The position numbers and the translations under genes were made by a program. From Labilithrix sp. (lineage in GTDB: Bacteria; Myxococcota_A; Polyangia; Polyangiales; Polyangiaceae): a stretch of 64,000 nucleotides of DNA. Shown here in pieces: positions 8,931 through 18,451 of the stretch. The notes under the pieces were generated by a model. That model was not told the origin of the DNA, made no database searches, and saw nothing but the letters and a program-made list of their open reading frames with translations. Location of the stretch: assembly GCA_026128965.1 (NCBI GenBank), contig JAHCIY010000002.1:1744468-1808467 (forward strand), written 5' to 3'. Numbering within the stretch: position 1 is the stretch's first letter; each line of letters begins with the position of its first letter.

Positions 8931-11900
8931 GTGCTCGAGGTGGGGGCGAAGCTCGCCGGTCGGTTCGTCGTCGAGCGCTGGCTCGGCGAAGGCGGTATGG
9001 GCGTCGTCTTCGAGGCCCTCGACGAGCAACGCGGCGAGCGCGTGGCCTTGAAGACGCTCGGACGGATGGACGGCGAGGCGATTTACCGCCTGAAGAAGGA
9101 GTTTCGCGTCCTCGCCGACCTCGTCCATCCAAACCTGATTCGTCTCCACGAGCTCTTCAGCGATCGAGACCTCTGGTTCTTCTCGATGCAGCGCGTTCAC
9201 GGCGCTCCGTTCGTCGACTACGTGCGCCGTACCAAGGGACCGCTCGAACATGCGGCGACGGAGCCGGCGGACGTCGCGAAGCGCTCGCCGTTCGGAGAAC
9301 CGGAGCCGCTCGGCGGTGCCATCGACGAGATGCGTCTTCGGGCGGCGATGCTCGCGCTGGTCGAAGGCGTGGAGGCGATCCATCGTGCGGGCAAGCTGCA
9401 TCGCGATCTCAAGCCGTCGAACGTCCTGGTCGATCGCGACGGCAAGGTGACGATCCTCGATTTCGGGCTCGTCGAGCCCCATCGTTCCGACGCGACGAAG
9501 AGCCAGGAGGGCGCGGGCACGCCGGGGTACATGGCGCCCGAGCAGCTCGTACGCAACGGCGTCTGCTCGGGGAGCGACTGGTACGCGGTGGGGGCGATGC
9601 TCTTCGAGGCGCTGACGGGCGAGCTCCCGTTTCGCGGCACCGCGTACGAAGTCATCGCGGCGAAGGCGCGGGAGGAGCTCGCGCCCGATCCGCGCGTGCT
9701 CGCGCCGGAGTCGCCGCCCGACCTCGCGGTCCTCGCGCGAAATCTCCTCGCGCCGCTGCCGGAGAACCGCCCGACACCCGCTCAGATCAAGGCGACGCTC
9801 GGGAGCGCGGAGCCGCCGACGCCGAGCGAAGCGGCGTCCTCCCTCACGCCGGTCTTCGTGGGACGTGCCTCCGAGCTCGCGCGTCTCGAAGAGGCGTTCG
9901 ACGCACGCGCGGCAGTGGTCGCGGTGCGCGGACTCTCCGGGATGGGAAAGAGCACGCTCATCGAGCGGTTCCTCGCTCGCGTCGAAGCGCGCATGCCTGA
10001 CGCGGTCGTGCTCTCGGGACGTTGCTACGAGCGCGAGTCGGTTCCGTTCAAGGCGCTCGACCCTATCATCGACGAGCTCAGTCGCCGGCTCGCGCGCATG
10101 GACGCGATCGATGCGGCGCTGCTGACGCCCCGCGACGCGCCGGAGCTCTGTCGTCTCTTCCCGGTGCTCGCGCGCGTCCCGACGTTGAAGAGAGCGAGCG
10201 CCGGTCGCGCGCCGATCATGGATCCCGCCGAGGTGCGCCGCCGCGCGTTCGAGGCGTTGCGCGAGCTCTTCTCGCGCCTCGCCGAGATCCGTCCCGTCAT
10301 CGTCGCAATCGACGATCTGCAGTGGGGCGATCTCGACAGCGGCTGGCTCCTCGCGCGTCTCGTCGCGCCGCCCGACCCGCCGAAGATGCTGGTTCTCCTC
10401 GGCTATCGCTCGGATGAAGAATCGCGCAGCCCGTTCGTCGTTCACCTCGCGGAGAACGCTTCGCCCGAGGTCATCGACCTCGCGCCGATGTCCGCCGACG
10501 AGTCTCGCGAGCTGGTCTCGAAGCTCCTGCCGGCGGCCGACAGCGACGCGGCGCTCGCCATCGCCCGCGAGGCGGGCGGCAGCCCGTTCTTCATCGGTGC
10601 CCTTGCCGCGAACGGTGAAGACGCTTCGCTCGAGAGCGTGCTCACGTCGCGCGTTGCAAAGCTCGAGCCGTCGGCCCGCGCACTCCTCGAGGTCGTGGCG
10701 CTCGCGGGCACTCCGATATCGCGCGAGCGTGCGCTCCGAGCCGCGAGCCTGGGCCGCGCGGAGGACGGGAGCATTCCCGTGCTGCGAGCCGCGTCGCTCC
10801 TGCGGACCACGACCGACGAGTGGCTCGTCACCTATCACGATCGCATCCGCGAAGCGGTCGTCGGTGGTCTCGAGGAGGAGCGACGGCGCACCCTCCATCG
10901 CGCGCTGACGAAGGTGCTCGACGCGTCGGAGGTCGACGCGCTCGCGCTTCACCATCGTGAGGCTGGCGATCGCGAGGAGGCGCTCCGCTTCACGCTCCTC
11001 GCCGCCGAGCGCGCGAGCTCGGCCTTCGCGCCCGAGCGCGCGGCGACGCTATTTCGCCAGGCGTTGTCGCTCTCACCGGCCGACGACGTTCGCCGCACGG
11101 CTCGCCGTCAGCTCGCGGACGCGCTGGCCGACGCGGGCCAGATCGTGGAAGCGGCGGACCTCTACATCGAGCTCGCTCGCGAGGCGGACGACGCCGACCT
11201 GGAGCTACGTGCGGCCGGTGAGCTCACTGCCGCCGGGCAGACGGTTCGAGGCTTCGATGCGGTGAGGCGCGTCAACGAGCGTTTGGGGCTCTGGATGCCG
11301 CGATCCCCGAAGGTCGCCGCCTTCCTCGGCGTGCTCCTCGTCGTGTACTTCCGGTTCTTCGTCGAGAAGCGCCGTCGCCGTCGAAGACTGACTGCGCATC
11401 ATCGCGCGCGGCTCGATGCCATGCAGACCTTCGCCATGGCGCTCTCGCTCACCGAGACGCCGCATGCCTTCTATTTCGGGGCTCGGTCGTGCGTGCTCGG
11501 CTTCGACTCCGACGACGCCGAGATGCGCAGTCTCGCCTTGATGAACGCGGCATGGACGAGCGCGTTCGTTCGTCCCTCCGACTCGGCGGCGGATGGATAC
11601 CTGGCTTCGCTCGCGCGCACCGGAGGCAAAGACTTCGAGGGCATGCACTCGTTCATCACAGGGGTCGTGGCCACTCTTCGTGGTCACTGGCGACGGGCGG
11701 CGGATGCATTCGAGAAAGCGGAGCGGCAGAGGTATCGAGGACGGCTCCGCCAGGGCGCGTTCCACTCGTTCAACCGGACCTGGTACTCATGGGCGCTCTA
11801 CTCTCAGGGACGGATTCGCGATCTCCATCGCGTCGTGACCGAGTCCATCGCCGAGGGAAAGGCGCGACGCAACGTCGTTGGCCATATCGCCACGCTCCAA

Positions 11901-12524
11901 GTCGCTCCGCTCGCCTGGCTGGCCGCGGATGACGAGGCGACCACTCGTCATGAGCTCGAGGACGCGTCCGAGCGATGGAAAGACACCCGAGCCTCGATCG
12001 CTCATTTTCATCCGCTCCACTACTGGGAGGCGGTCGCGCATCTGCTCGCGGAGATGTACGCAGGCGATGCGAGGGTCGGACGTCACATGGAGGCGATCTG
12101 GCCGCTCGCCAAGGAAGCGGGCGTCTTGCGTATTCCCATCTTCGGGCTCTCGATGTGCCTGTGGCGCGGTCTCGGCCTCGCGATGCGTGCCGCGACGCAG
12201 TCGGCGCGCGAACGCGAGGCGTTGCTCGCGCTCGTGGAGCCGCTCGCCGCTTCGCTCGACGACAACCCGATGGCGGGGGCCTTGGGGCATGCCGCTCAGC
12301 TACGCGCCACGATCGCTCGGGTTCGCGGTCAGGAGGAGGCGCGCCGATGGCTCGCCGTTGCCGTCTCTCACTTCGACGCCGCCAAAATGGAGGCCTTCGC
12401 GGCGTGTGCGCGCTACTGGCTCGGCGGAACCGAACGCGAAGCCGCGATGACGTTTATGGAACGCGAAGGCGTGGTCCGCCCGGCGAAGTTCGCGCGGATG
12501 CTCGTCCCGGGCTTCGACGACTAG
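8931..12524 (+). CDS. Ser/Thr protein kinase fused to STAND-type NTPase (AAA16-like) and TPR-like C-terminal region
   Basis: 1197 aa with a GTG start. The kinase subdomains are present (GEGGMGVVF, ALK, HRDLKPSNVLV, DFGL, GTPGYMAPE). They are followed by a P-loop (GLSGMGKST), a Walker-B-like block (VIVAIDDLQWGD) and a long helical C-terminus. Confidence 0.8.
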   Translation: MLEVGAKLAGRFVVERWLGEGGMGVVFEALDEQRGERVALKTLGRMDGEAIYRLKKEFRVLADLVHPNLIRLHELFSDRDLWFFSMQRVHGAPFVDYVRRTKGPLEHAATEPADVAKRSPFGEPEPLGGAIDEMRLRAAMLALVEGVEAIHRAGKLHRDLKPSNVLVDRDGKVTILDFGLVEPHRSDATKSQEGAGTPGYMAPEQLVRNGVCSGSDWYAVGAMLFEALTGELPFRGTAYEVIAAKAREELAPDPRVLAPESPPDLAVLARNLLAPLPENRPTPAQIKATLGSAEPPTPSEAASSLTPVFVGRASELARLEEAFDARAAVVAVRGLSGMGKSTLIERFLARVEARMPDAVVLSGRCYERESVPFKALDPIIDELSRRLARMDAIDAALLTPRDAPELCRLFPVLARVPTLKRASAGRAPIMDPAEVRRRAFEALRELFSRLAEIRPVIVAIDDLQWGDLDSGWLLARLVAPPDPPKMLVLLGYRSDEESRSPFVVHLAENASPEVIDLAPMSADESRELVSKLLPAADSDAALAIAREAGGSPFFIGALAANGEDASLESVLTSRVAKLEPSARALLEVVALAGTPISRERALRAASLGRAEDGSIPVLRAASLLRTTTDEWLVTYHDRIREAVVGGLEEERRRTLHRALTKVLDASEVDALALHHREAGDREEALRFTLLAAERASSAFAPERAATLFRQALSLSPADDVRRTARRQLADALADAGQIVEAADLYIELAREADDADLELRAAGELTAAGQTVRGFDAVRRVNERLGLWMPRSPKVAAFLGVLLVVYFRFFVEKRRRRRRLTAHHRARLDAMQTFAMALSLTETPHAFYFGARSCVLGFDSDDAEMRSLALMNAAWTSAFVRPSDSAADGYLASLARTGGKDFEGMHSFITGVVATLRGHWRRAADAFEKAERQRYRGRLRQGAFHSFNRTWYSWALYSQGRIRDLHRVVTESIAEGKARRNVVGHIATLQVAPLAWLAADDEATTRHELEDASERWKDTRASIAHFHPLHYWEAVAHLLAEMYAGDARVGRHMEAIWPLAKEAGVLRIPIFGLSMCLWRGLGLAMRAATQSAREREALLALVEPLAASLDDNPMAGALGHAAQLRATIARVRGQEEARRWLAVAVSHFDAAKMEAFAACARYWLGGTEREAAMTFMEREGVVRPAKFARMLVPGFDD

Positions 12525-12575
12525 CGCGCTACTTCGGGGTGGGTAAAAGACGCAGGCGCGGCGGTGTCCTGGCTA

Positions 12576-12603
12576 CAGGGCAGATCGCTGGATCCTGCCC
12601 TCG
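12576..12603 (+). terminator. Possible stem-loop terminator after the STAND kinase gene
   Basis: CAGGGCAG-atcgctggat-CTGCCCTCG inverted repeat about 50 nt after the stop at 12524. There is no U-tract. Confidence 0.2.
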
Positions 12604-12663
12604 TAAGTCATTGTCGCCATTGGATCATCCTGCCCGGCTCGGGCGTTGCAGAGATGCGCCGCG

Positions 12664-13377
12664 ATGCCGAATCGCTCCTGGTCGAGGCTCGTGGGCGCAG
12701 TGATCGTGGGAGGCATGGTGGCGGCGGGGACGGGGTGCTCGTCGGAGCCCGTCGTGGAGGAGCCGAAGGGCGAGACGACCTCGGAGCTCTCGACGTGCGA
12801 GGTGCTCGCGAGCGCCGCGGGCGCGACGGTCGCGGTCACGGTGTACTCGGCGACGGCGACGGGGACGTGCGCGGTGGGCGCCGCGGCGGTGACGGTCGCG
12901 AGCGGCGGCGTCGCGGCGGCAGGCTCCGTCGTGTGCCTCGCGCCGGCGGCGGCCGCGACCCTCTCCGGCCTCGCGGCGCTCCTCACCGCCGGCGCGACCT
13001 ACCTCGTGTGCGGCGAGGTCGAGTCGCAGATCGAGAGCGCCGCGGAAGAGGAGGCCGCGCCCGCCGCCGAGAGCGAGCTCACGTGCACGCCCGCCGAGCA
13101 CCGCGACCTCGCGCGCAGGAAGGGCATCGCCTGCGACAACCTCCCGAACAGCTGCGAGTCCCTCGTGCGCTCGAGCGGCGGCGGCGCGGCGATCTGCATT
13201 GGCCTGACCGGGCGACGCAACGAATACGCGAAGTGCCGCGCCGCCCGGCAGGAGGTGATCGATCGCTGCTTCGGCGGCACCGCCACCGACCGAGGTCACC
13301 AGCAGCAGCTCGACGACATGGACCGCCTCACGGAGGAGTGCGACGCCTATATCGCCGAGATCTGCCCGACCGGGTGA
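12664..13377 (+). CDS. Cys-rich lipoprotein, hypothetical
   Basis: Internal Met of ORF 12646..13377. The signal peptide MPNRSWSRLVGAVIVGGMVAAGTGC carries a lipobox. The Ala/Val-rich N-terminal half is followed by a Cys-rich C-terminal domain of about 100 aa. Confidence 0.45.
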   Translation: MPNRSWSRLVGAVIVGGMVAAGTGCSSEPVVEEPKGETTSELSTCEVLASAAGATVAVTVYSATATGTCAVGAAAVTVASGGVAAAGSVVCLAPAAAATLSGLAALLTAGATYLVCGEVESQIESAAEEEAAPAAESELTCTPAEHRDLARRKGIACDNLPNSCESLVRSSGGGAAICIGLTGRRNEYAKCRAARQEVIDRCFGGTATDRGHQQQLDDMDRLTEECDAYIAEICPTG

Positions 13378-13389
13378 GCGGAAGACCCG

Positions 13390-13619
13390 TCACCGAGCCG
13401 TCAGCGCAGGCGCGGGCTTCGGTGCGCCCCGCGCGGGCGGCTTCTTCGTCGTCGCGACTGCCCAGACGAATATCGCAATTGTGACGAAAAAGGCGATACG
13501 AACGAGCGCGGTGAAGGCCGGGCGCGGGCGGCCGCGGACGGGCCGCCCGCCCGTGACCGCGGCCTCCACGCGCGCGGCGAGGGCGGGGTGCATCTTGCGG
13601 TTGACGAGGAGCGTCGGCA
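13390..13619 (-). CDS. Small membrane protein (76 aa), translationally coupled to the MutS-like gene
   Basis: MPTLLVNRKMHPALAARVEAAVTGG...FTALVRIAFFVTIAIFVWAVATTKK has one TM helix. Its ATG overlaps the TGA of the upstream MutS-like gene (cTGATGcc). Confidence 0.35.
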
Positions 13620-15293
13620 TCAGCCGCGCCCCTTGTTGCGGTCGACGAGCGCGAGGAGCTCCTCGCGCGTGACGCCGAGGCGCGCGGCGGCGTGGCCCGC
13701 GAGCGAGGTCGTCGCGACGCCGGGGACGAACTGATACGTGGGGCGCTGCCCCTCGCCGAGCTCGACCTGGAGGAAGCGGAGATCCGGGATCGCCTTCTCG
13801 CGCTCGAGGCGCGCCGCGAACGCGAGGAAATGGGTCGTGATGAACGCCTGCGGCTCGAGGCGGCCCAGGATCTCGACGACGAGCTCGAAGATCTCCTCCC
13901 CCTCGGACGGGTTCGTGCCGGAGCAGAGCTCGTCGAGGATGACCATCGCGCCGGGCGGGAGGCGCTCGAAGAGGTCGCGGATCCGCACGAGCTCGGTGCC
14001 GAGGCGGCCCTCGGACTGATCGGCGCGCGCCTCCTCGATGAGCGACATCACGAGGCCGGGGACGATCGCGCACGTGCCCGCGCGCGCCGGCACGAAGAGG
14101 CCCGACTGCGCGAGGAGCTGCGAGAGGCCGAGCGACTGGAGGAGCCGCGTCTTGCCGCCCGAGTTCGGGCCGGTCACGAGCACCGTCGACGCGTGGTGAT
14201 CGCCGCGCACGTCGCACGGCACCGGCTGGACGCCGTGCGCGAGGAGGAGCGGGTTGAAGAGGCCCTCGAGCCGCCGCGGCTCGCCCGCGCTCACGAGCTC
14301 GGGGAGCGACATCTCGAGGCCGGCCGCGCGCGCGGCGTCGGCGAGGCCGAGCGCGCCGAGGTAAAACTCGATCTCGCCGAGGAGCTGCACGAGCGGGACG
14401 AGGTCCTCCTGCAAGCCGTCGAACACCGCGTCGATGAGGCGCGCCATCACCTCCTGATCGGAGAGCTTGTAGCCGCGCGCGAAGAGCTCCAGCTTCGCGA
14501 GCCAGCGCCGCCACGGCGACTGCACGAACGGGTTCTTGTCGTCCTCCTGCACTGCGACGACCTCGAAGCCGCGCACCTTGCCGTCGGCGCCGACCTGGAT
14601 CTTGAGGCTCATCGTCGCGAGGCGCTCGTCGTAGCGAAGGAGGTCGGCGAGCGAGCGGTACGGCTCCGCCTCCTGGACGCGACGGCCGAAAGCGGCGAGG
14701 CGACTGAGCCCCGACTTCGCGCCGAGGAAGCCCTCCGCCGCGCAGTCGAAGACCTCCTTCACCACCCCGAGGATGTCGAGGTGGCGGCGGTTCGGGTCCC
14801 ACTTCCCCGCGTCGCTCGCGGCGTCGAGGAGCGAGCGGAGGCGGCAGAGCAGGACGTAGAGCCGCTCGAGCTCCGACCGCAGCGCCGGCTGCGCCGCGAG
14901 CTCCGCGAGGACCGCGCGCCGATGTTTCACCGCCGCGACGTCCTTCGGCGGATGCGCGAGGAGGCGGACGAGGTGCTTCTTCGCGACCGGATGCGGCCGC
15001 CCGTCGATCGTGATCTTGAAGCAGAGCGCCACCAGCTCGGCGAGGAAGAGGTCCTTCGCGAACGACGCCGGCTCCCACGTCGACTCCGCGACGCTCGCGT
15101 TCTCGAGCGCCTCGGAGAAGACGCCGCCGGTGACGCCGGAGGCGAACGCGAGGGCGAGCGAGAGGCGCGTCTGCTCGACGTCGATCCGCCCGATCGGCTC
15201 GGGGTGCAGCAGATCGGGGACGTGCGGCTTCGGCTCCGGCGCCCGGACGCTCACGGAGGGGCGGGCGCGCGTGAGCTCTTGTTCGGCGAGCAT
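13620..15293 (-). CDS. MutS-domain ATPase (MutS domain V, MutS2-related, no mismatch-binding or Smr domain)
   Basis: Walker A GPNSGGKT, MutS signature ILDELCSGTNPSEGE and TTHF are present. The start is placed at Met45 of ORF 13620..15425 because the first 44 codons are Arg-rich with low GC3. Confidence 0.72.
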   Translation of the reverse strand: MLAEQELTRARPSVSVRAPEPKPHVPDLLHPEPIGRIDVEQTRLSLALAFASGVTGGVFSEALENASVAESTWEPASFAKDLFLAELVALCFKITIDGRPHPVAKKHLVRLLAHPPKDVAAVKHRRAVLAELAAQPALRSELERLYVLLCRLRSLLDAASDAGKWDPNRRHLDILGVVKEVFDCAAEGFLGAKSGLSRLAAFGRRVQEAEPYRSLADLLRYDERLATMSLKIQVGADGKVRGFEVVAVQEDDKNPFVQSPWRRWLAKLELFARGYKLSDQEVMARLIDAVFDGLQEDLVPLVQLLGEIEFYLGALGLADAARAAGLEMSLPELVSAGEPRRLEGLFNPLLLAHGVQPVPCDVRGDHHASTVLVTGPNSGGKTRLLQSLGLSQLLAQSGLFVPARAGTCAIVPGLVMSLIEEARADQSEGRLGTELVRIRDLFERLPPGAMVILDELCSGTNPSEGEEIFELVVEILGRLEPQAFITTHFLAFAARLEREKAIPDLRFLQVELGEGQRPTYQFVPGVATTSLAGHAAARLGVTREELLALVDRNKGRG

Positions 15294-15351
15294 GTCCTCC
15301 GCGGACAGCCCCTCCGCCGGGATGTTCCCGCCCGCGTCACGACCGCTCGAA

Positions 15352-16650
15352 TCACGACCGCGACGCTCGTTGACCCGCCGCCACCGAAGTCCGCGTGCTC
15401 GTTCGTTCCGTTTTCCCGAGCTCATCGGGCTGTAGCTCCGTGGTGTGGACGCGGACCTGGGCCGGCGGCCCGGCGTCGACGCGGTGGTGGACCGGGGGAA
15501 CGCTCGGATGCTGCAGCATCGCCGGCGGTGGCGCCGCCTGGGCGGCCGGGCTCCACCCCATCTTCCGCAGGAGCGCGCGGATCGCGGCGCCCTTGTGCCA
15601 CGTCAGGATGAACACGAGCGCGAGCCCGCCGAACATGACGATCGGCACGCTGCGCTGGAGGCGGAGCTGGCTGAGCATGACGGGGACGATGATCCAGCCG
15701 AGGCCCCAGAGCACCCAGAGCAGGCGCCGGAGCGACTTCACGAGGTCGTCCTCGCGCGGGTCGCGCTGCGGCGGGTAGTAGATCGCGGCCGGATGAGGCA
15801 TCGGCGGCGGCGGCGCGGACGGCACGCGCTCGACGCGGTGGATCGGCGCCGGCTGATGCGAGATCGAGGTGCGGACCTGATCGATCGCGGCGCCGAGGTT
15901 CTGCGCGCGGCGATCGGGATCGGGCTCGAGCATCTGCTCGAGCGAGGTGAGCATCGTGGGGCTGACGCGGCTCCCGAGCGCGGCGCGCACGTCGACCTTG
16001 AGGCCTTGATGCGGGAGCGTGTCGGGATCGGCGCCGGCGAGGCACGCGAGCGCGGTCGCGCCCACCGCGTACACGTCGGTCGCCGGCATCGCGCGGCCCT
16101 GGAACTGCTCCGGCGCCATGAACCCCATCGTCCCCACCACCGTGCTGTTGCCGCCGCGGCGCTGGAGCAGCTCGCTCACCGCGCCGAAGTCGACGAGCAC
16201 GTACGAGCCGTTCGGCCGGCGCACGACGTTGCGGGGCTTGATGTCACGATGGACGATCGGCGACGCGCGGCCGTGGAGGTACGTGAGCGCGCGGTCCGCG
16301 TCGGCGAGGAAGCGGCGGACCTCGTCCTCGGAGAGCGCGCCCTCGCGCTTGCGGATCGCCTCGAGGGTCTCGCCCTCCACCTTCTCCATGACGAGGAAGA
16401 GCGCGCCGTCCTCTTCGAAGTGCTCGATGTAGCGCGGGACGAGCGGGTGATCGATCGTGGAGAGGACGCGCGTCTCGCGCTCGGCGAGCTCGACGTCCTT
16501 CCAGCCCTTCGCGCCGCGGACGTCGAAGCGCTTGATCGCGACGGGGCGGCCCTGCTCGTCGGCCGCGTCGAACGTCATGCCCTGCGCGCCCTCGCCGAGG
16601 ACGCCGCGGACGACGTAGCGACCGTTGCCGAGGGTCCCGCCCGGTTCCAT
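15352..16650 (-). CDS. Membrane-anchored Ser/Thr protein kinase
   Basis: Real start MEPGGTLGNGRYVVRGVLGEGAQGMTF. Kinase motifs present: AIK, HRDIKPRNVV, DFG, GTMGFMAPE. Two C-terminal TM segments. The start lies 20 nt downstream of the ABC permease stop. Confidence 0.8.
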   Translation of the reverse strand: MEPGGTLGNGRYVVRGVLGEGAQGMTFDAADEQGRPVAIKRFDVRGAKGWKDVELAERETRVLSTIDHPLVPRYIEHFEEDGALFLVMEKVEGETLEAIRKREGALSEDEVRRFLADADRALTYLHGRASPIVHRDIKPRNVVRRPNGSYVLVDFGAVSELLQRRGGNSTVVGTMGFMAPEQFQGRAMPATDVYAVGATALACLAGADPDTLPHQGLKVDVRAALGSRVSPTMLTSLEQMLEPDPDRRAQNLGAAIDQVRTSISHQPAPIHRVERVPSAPPPPMPHPAAIYYPPQRDPREDDLVKSLRRLLWVLWGLGWIIVPVMLSQLRLQRSVPIVMFGGLALVFILTWHKGAAIRALLRKMGWSPAAQAAPPPAMLQHPSVPPVHHRVDAGPPAQVRVHTTELQPDELGKTERTSTRTSVAAGQRASRS

Positions 16651-16670
16651 GTCGAGGTGCTTAGCACATC

Positions 16671-17432
16671 TCAGGACTTGAGCCGGTAGCCGCTGGTCAC
16701 GAGCGCGCGTGCGGCGACGAGGCAACCCACGAGAAACACGGCGGTCAGCGCCAGGCTGATGCTCACGCTGACGTCGGAGGTGTCGTAGAAGCTCCAACGG
16801 AAGCCGCTCACGAGGTAGACGACCGGGTTCACGAGCGTGACCTTCTGCCAGAAGGGCGGGAGCATCTTCAGCGAGTAGAAGCTGCCGCCGAGGAAGGTGA
16901 GCGGCGTCACGATCAGCATCGGCACGATCATCAGCTTCTCGAAGCCGTCGGCCCAGAGCCCGATGATGAACCCGAAGAGGCTGAACGTGACCGACGTGAG
17001 GACGAGGAACGCGATCATCCACCCCGGGTGCGCGACGGAGTAGGGGACGAAGAGGCGCGCGGTGAGGAGGATGATCGTGCCGAGCAGGATCGACTTCGAC
17101 GCGGCGGCGCCGACGTAGCCGATGACGATCTCGAGCCACGAGATCGGCGCGGAGAGCACCTCGTAGATCGTGCCCGAGAAGCGCGGCATGTAGATGCCGA
17201 ACGACGCGTTCGAGATGCTCTCGTTCAGGATCGACAGCATCGTCAGGCCGGGGACGATGAACGCGGCGTACTGCACGCCCTCGACGTCGGTCATGCGCGA
17301 CCCGATCGCGGAGCCGAACACGACGAAGTAGAGCGACGTCGAGATGACGGGCGCGAGGATGCTCTGCATGAGCGTGCGGAACGTGCGCGCCATCTCGAAG
17401 AGGTAGATCGCGCGGATCGCGTAGACGTTCAC
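16671..17432 (-). CDS. ABC-2 type transporter permease
   Basis: 253 aa with six predicted TM helices and an ABC-2 family pattern. Overlaps the ATPase gene by 4 nt. Confidence 0.8.
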   Translation of the reverse strand: MNVYAIRAIYLFEMARTFRTLMQSILAPVISTSLYFVVFGSAIGSRMTDVEGVQYAAFIVPGLTMLSILNESISNASFGIYMPRFSGTIYEVLSAPISWLEIVIGYVGAAASKSILLGTIILLTARLFVPYSVAHPGWMIAFLVLTSVTFSLFGFIIGLWADGFEKLMIVPMLIVTPLTFLGGSFYSLKMLPPFWQKVTLVNPVVYLVSGFRWSFYDTSDVSVSISLALTAVFLVGCLVAARALVTSGYRLKS

Positions 17433-18355
17433 GACGCCGCCTTCTCTTCGACGAGGTCGACGAAGATCTCCTCGAGCGAGCTCTCCTTCGTCTGGAGGTC
17501 CTTGAGCTCGATGCCCGCGCTCGGCAGCGCGGCGACGAGCTCGGTGATGCCCGATCCCTGCGCGTCGAACGTGAAGACGAGGGCGTCCTTGTCCTTCGTC
17601 AGCTCGAGGCCGAAGCGCTCGAGCGGCGGCGGCACGGCCTCGATCGGGCCGCGGAGGAAGAGCGTGAGCTGCTTCTTCCCGAGCTTCTTCATCAGGACGT
17701 TCTTGTCCTCGACGAGGACGAGCTCACCTTTGCGGATGACGCCGATGCGGTCGGCCATCTGCTCGGCCTCTTCGATGTAGTGCGTCGTCAAGATGATGGT
17801 GACCCCGCTCTCGCGGAGCTTCCGGACCATCGTCCACATGTCGCGGCGGAGCTCGACGTCGACGCCGGCGGTGGGCTCGTCGAGGAAGAGGATGCTCGGC
17901 TCGTGCGAGAGCGCCTTCGCGATGAGGACGCGCCGCTTCATGCCGCCAGAGAGGGTCATGATCTTGTCGTTCCGCTTCTCCCAGAGCGAGAGGTCGCGGA
18001 GCACCTTCTCGACGTGCGCCGGATCCTTCGGCTTGCCGAAGAGGCCGCGGCTGAACGTCACCGTCGCGAGGACGGTCTCGAACATGTCGGTCGAGAGCTC
18101 CTGCGGCACGAGGCCGATCTTCGAGCGCGCGGCGCGGTAGTCCTTCACGATGTCGTGCCCGTCGGCGAGCACGGTGCCGCCGGTCGCCTTCACGGTGCCG
18201 CAGGTGATGCCGATCAGGGTCGTCTTGCCGGCCCCGTTCGGCCCGAGGAGGGCGAAGATCTCCCCTCGCCGGATGTCCAGGGAGACGCCCCTCAAGGCGC
18301 GGAATCCTGACGCATACGTCTTGTCGATGTTCTTGATCGAGATGATTGGATCCAT
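17429..18355 (-). CDS. ABC transporter ATP-binding protein
   Basis: Walker [13 protein letters not shown] signature LSGGMKRR, Walker [13 protein letters not shown] and an H-loop are present. Confidence 0.85.
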   Translation of the reverse strand: MDPIISIKNIDKTYASGFRALRGVSLDIRRGEIFALLGPNGAGKTTLIGITCGTVKATGGTVLADGHDIVKDYRAARSKIGLVPQELSTDMFETVLATVTFSRGLFGKPKDPAHVEKVLRDLSLWEKRNDKIMTLSGGMKRRVLIAKALSHEPSILFLDEPTAGVDVELRRDMWTMVRKLRESGVTIILTTHYIEEAEQMADRIGVIRKGELVLVEDKNVLMKKLGKKQLTLFLRGPIEAVPPPLERFGLELTKDKDALVFTFDAQGSGITELVAALPSAGIELKDLQTKESSLEEIFVDLVEEKAAS

Positions 18356-18451
18356 TGGTTTCAGTCACTTACGAGGGTGAGACCCACGCGAGACAGGGTG
18401 GGGCACACATTCACCTGGCACGTGGGTACATCAGGGCGTAAGGCGTCGCCC

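Noticed and set aside
15294-15425. Upstream ATG (15425) as start of the MutS-like gene
   Set aside because: The first 44 codons are Arg-rich with low GC3 and would overlap the kinase 3' end by 74 nt. The internal Met at 15293 was preferred.
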